Assembly (NCBI GenBank): GCA_038884975.1
Contig: JAWAAW010000001.1
Coordinates: 18,476 to 82,475 of the forward strand
Length of the DNA: 64,000 nt
Source: Candidatus Woesearchaeota archaeon
GTDB lineage: Archaea > Nanobdellota > Nanobdellia > Woesearchaeales > ARS49
Direction: 5' to 3'
Under the pieces are notes generated by a model, which saw nothing but the letters and a program-made list of their open reading frames with translations, searched no databases and was not told the DNA's origin. Below are positions 62,158 through 64,000 of the stretch, one piece after another. Made by a program: the position numbers and the translations under genes. Numbering within the stretch: the first letter of the stretch is position 1; each line of letters opens with the position of its first letter.

Positions 62158-63919
62158 TTAATTGGTTTTCGGCATCCTTTATCGCACAAGACAAGTAATT
62201 GTACACGTTTTGAGAAAGGGCTTCTTCCCTAAGAAGACACAAGTCATTTCTAGCGTTTTCAAGAAAGCTCAATGCTATATGATGCCTTGAGGGTTTTCCC
62301 CACACAAATGCAGCAAAGCGCAATGCCTTGTAAGGGCTTGCCCTGAGGACATATTCTGGAAAAACATTGGGCGGAATCTGTCTTTCACGAGACACCATCC
62401 GGTTATATTTCTCAATGCTCTCAACTAACAGGTCTTTCTGAGTTTCCCAAGAACCAACTTGCCTGCCCTGCCTGAGGAGCTTTGCATAATCAAAGGCAAT
62501 AGGACTGCACCCTCTTGGTTCAAGATCATAAATAGTAATCTGACCTGTTGTGTTATAATGCCTGTTTTCCCTATGGCCATCGCAGTCAGCAGCCTGATAA
62601 GTCCAGATAGGAGCAAGCAAAACACCCAAGGCATCGCTAAGCGCTTGTCTGTCAGTTTTCCACGGAATTCTGCTGACAAACGAGTCAATGTCTGTCTTTA
62701 AATCAAGCACCCGGTCGCTTGGAACAAGGCTGTGCAGTGCTGCTTGAGTAAGTGCTGCCTTTCGAATAACCTCAAAATCAGGTTTATTGTCAAGCAAATC
62801 GTAAAGCCGCGTGCCATCAGAAAAAGCCTCAAACAAATAACTTGTTCCACCGTAGTCCCAAACGCCAAAAGGACGCGCAACCTCAAAATCGTGCTTGCCT
62901 GAATATGGCAAGAGATATTGCAAATTCAATAATTCCTGCTCAAGTTTTTCTCTTTTGCCAGGTTTCCAGTACACGAGGCTTTTTTCATAATCAAGGCAGT
63001 TAGTGTCCACAGGCAGGCTATGCAACACATCCTGTCGTATTTTATCAGCAGTCTTTGTGTCGCCAACAAAATCAAGCAAAAAGGACTGGAAAAGCTTTTC
63101 CTGGAGCGTGCATGCAGGATGATAAACAATTCTTTCAGCAACGCGCGTTGCGCTCGCCTTGTCTTGCTTCATCAAATAAATGAATTCACGATGTACCAAA
63201 GTACATAAATCATCAGGATTCTTTTCAATCTTACGGGAATTAAGCCAAAGAAGAAGCGGAAACATTGTTTGCCGCGTCAATCCTTCAATCCAGTTAAAAG
63301 AAATAGCAACCTCAAATTCTGGACGGCGGCGCAACGTTTGCAGACTGGCATTACAATAATACAAAACATCTGACTTTTTACCAAGCATTGATGCAACTCC
63401 TGCCTTTGCGCTCAATGTTAAATCAGATTCGATTGCAAAAATAGACCCCATCAACTTTTCCCTTTTTCTGGGGTCACGAGTCGTAATAAACAGATAAACA
63501 TTTTTCAGGCAAGGGGAGCTATATTTTGAAATGTTGTCGTAAAACATGTAAGAGAACGCGCCAAATGAGGCAAGCATTACGCTTATCCAACCTGATAACA
63601 AAAACGGTTCATTCATAACCCTTTCAAGCGCATTTTCAGGATCACGAAGATAAAAAGGAATACCAGAACCCACTACAGCGGCAATGCTTGTTGCCAAAGA
63701 AAGCATTCCTGGATAGTCCAAAACTCTATCTATTCCTTTGTGTCGCTCAATAATCCTGTAGCGTTTCCGCGCTCGCCAAGTGCCGTATGCGCCAAGAAGC
63801 AAAGTGCCTGCTAATACCCCCAGTGCAGGCAGGCAATAATAAGCAGCCAAAGGAGGTCTATAATATTCTTTTTTCCCGCTTTTAGATAAAACAATAAAAT
63901 TTGGATTTTCAGACCACAC
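62117..63919 (-). CDS. Membrane-anchored protein with C-terminal protein-kinase-like (APH/ChoK-type) phosphotransferase fold
   Basis: Three or four N-terminal TMs. The C-terminal segment DCDGHRENRHYN...ITIYDLE fits the HxDxxxxN catalytic-loop and DxE/DFG-like patterns only loosely. Confidence 0.45.
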   Translation of the reverse strand: MWSENPNFIVLSKSGKKEYYRPPLAAYYCLPALGVLAGTLLLGAYGTWRARKRYRIIERHKGIDRVLDYPGMLSLATSIAAVVGSGIPFYLRDPENALERVMNEPFLLSGWISVMLASFGAFSYMFYDNISKYSSPCLKNVYLFITTRDPRKREKLMGSIFAIESDLTLSAKAGVASMLGKKSDVLYYCNASLQTLRRRPEFEVAISFNWIEGLTRQTMFPLLLWLNSRKIEKNPDDLCTLVHREFIYLMKQDKASATRVAERIVYHPACTLQEKLFQSFLLDFVGDTKTADKIRQDVLHSLPVDTNCLDYEKSLVYWKPGKREKLEQELLNLQYLLPYSGKHDFEVARPFGVWDYGGTSYLFEAFSDGTRLYDLLDNKPDFEVIRKAALTQAALHSLVPSDRVLDLKTDIDSFVSRIPWKTDRQALSDALGVLLAPIWTYQAADCDGHRENRHYNTTGQITIYDLEPRGCSPIAFDYAKLLRQGRQVGSWETQKDLLVESIEKYNRMVSRERQIPPNVFPEYVLRASPYKALRFAAFVWGKPSRHHIALSFLENARNDLCLLREEALSQNVYNYLSCAIKDAENQLITLSARTPPSSSH

Positions 63920-64000
63920 GTCAGAATACTTTGACTTTATTACGCCATACGCGCCCAGAGAGGCAATAGCTATCCATGGTAAGCATTTGAAGCAAAGTTT

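Noticed and set aside
1-64000. Looked for CRISPR arrays, rRNA genes, transposases or integrases, terminal inverted repeats and prophage-like blocks.
   Set aside because: I saw no regularly spaced direct repeats, no rRNA-like conserved stretches and no DDE, tyrosine-recombinase or serine-recombinase-like ORFs. The only clear DNA repeat is the intragenic duplication at 7611..7834. This was a scan by eye, so short or degenerate elements could have been missed.
63920-64000. Possible additional minus-strand coding sequence running off the right edge of the window.
   Set aside because: Only ~80 nt are available, with no start or stop context and no motif.

Overview
Gene-dense chromosomal segment from an archaeon. 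Supporting markers are RadA and RadB, RPA, the RFC large subunit, aMBF1, archaeal-type AspRS, GlyRS and ValRS, uS2, a translin-like protein, and many class-III (prepilin-like) signal peptides. The many small secreted or membrane proteins of unknown function and the compact, overlapping operons suggest a small-genome DPANN-like lineage; this is inference. Housekeeping content includes a colinear aspS / tRNA-Asn / gatC / gatA / gatB block, glyS, valS, cysS, an NSUN m5C methyltransferase with a NIP7-like PUA protein, rps2, radA, radB, rpa, rfcL, an Mre11-like nuclease, idi, an ABC transporter and a DedA protein. I found no rRNA, CRISPR array, transposase or integrase. Four accessory regions stand out. 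(1) 50.7-61.2 kb holds a roughly 17-gene minus-strand operon with ATGA/TAATG start-stop overlaps. It starts with an Lrp/AsnC regulator and two membrane-anchored single-EF-hand proteins, followed by at least 11 proteins with prepilin-like N-termini, three unannotated small ORFs and a 1032-aa multi-pass protein. This is my best candidate for an undescribed surface filament or attachment system. (2) 15.4-23.1 kb holds a ribbon-helix-helix gene missing from the ORF track that is coupled to an oversized FlaI/PilB-type ATPase and a FlaJ/TadC-type platform protein. Next to it are a divergent pair of coiled-coil proteins and three tandem paralogous membrane proteins. (3) 35.2-43.5 kb is an 8.3-kb overlapping glycosylation operon with three GT-C enzymes (two AglB/STT3-like with degenerate WWDYG motifs), a processive QxxRW GT2 and two thioredoxin-fold-like paralogs. 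(4) 0.5-6.1 kb holds a GAF-GGDEF diguanylate cyclase with intact A- and I-sites, which is unusual for archaea, close to a DHH/DHHA1 phosphoesterase. The same region contains a roughly 380-nt GC-rich, ORF-poor region that looks like a structured RNA, and a family of Cys-rich membrane-anchored small proteins. All functional calls come from reading motifs in the translations. No database search was possible.
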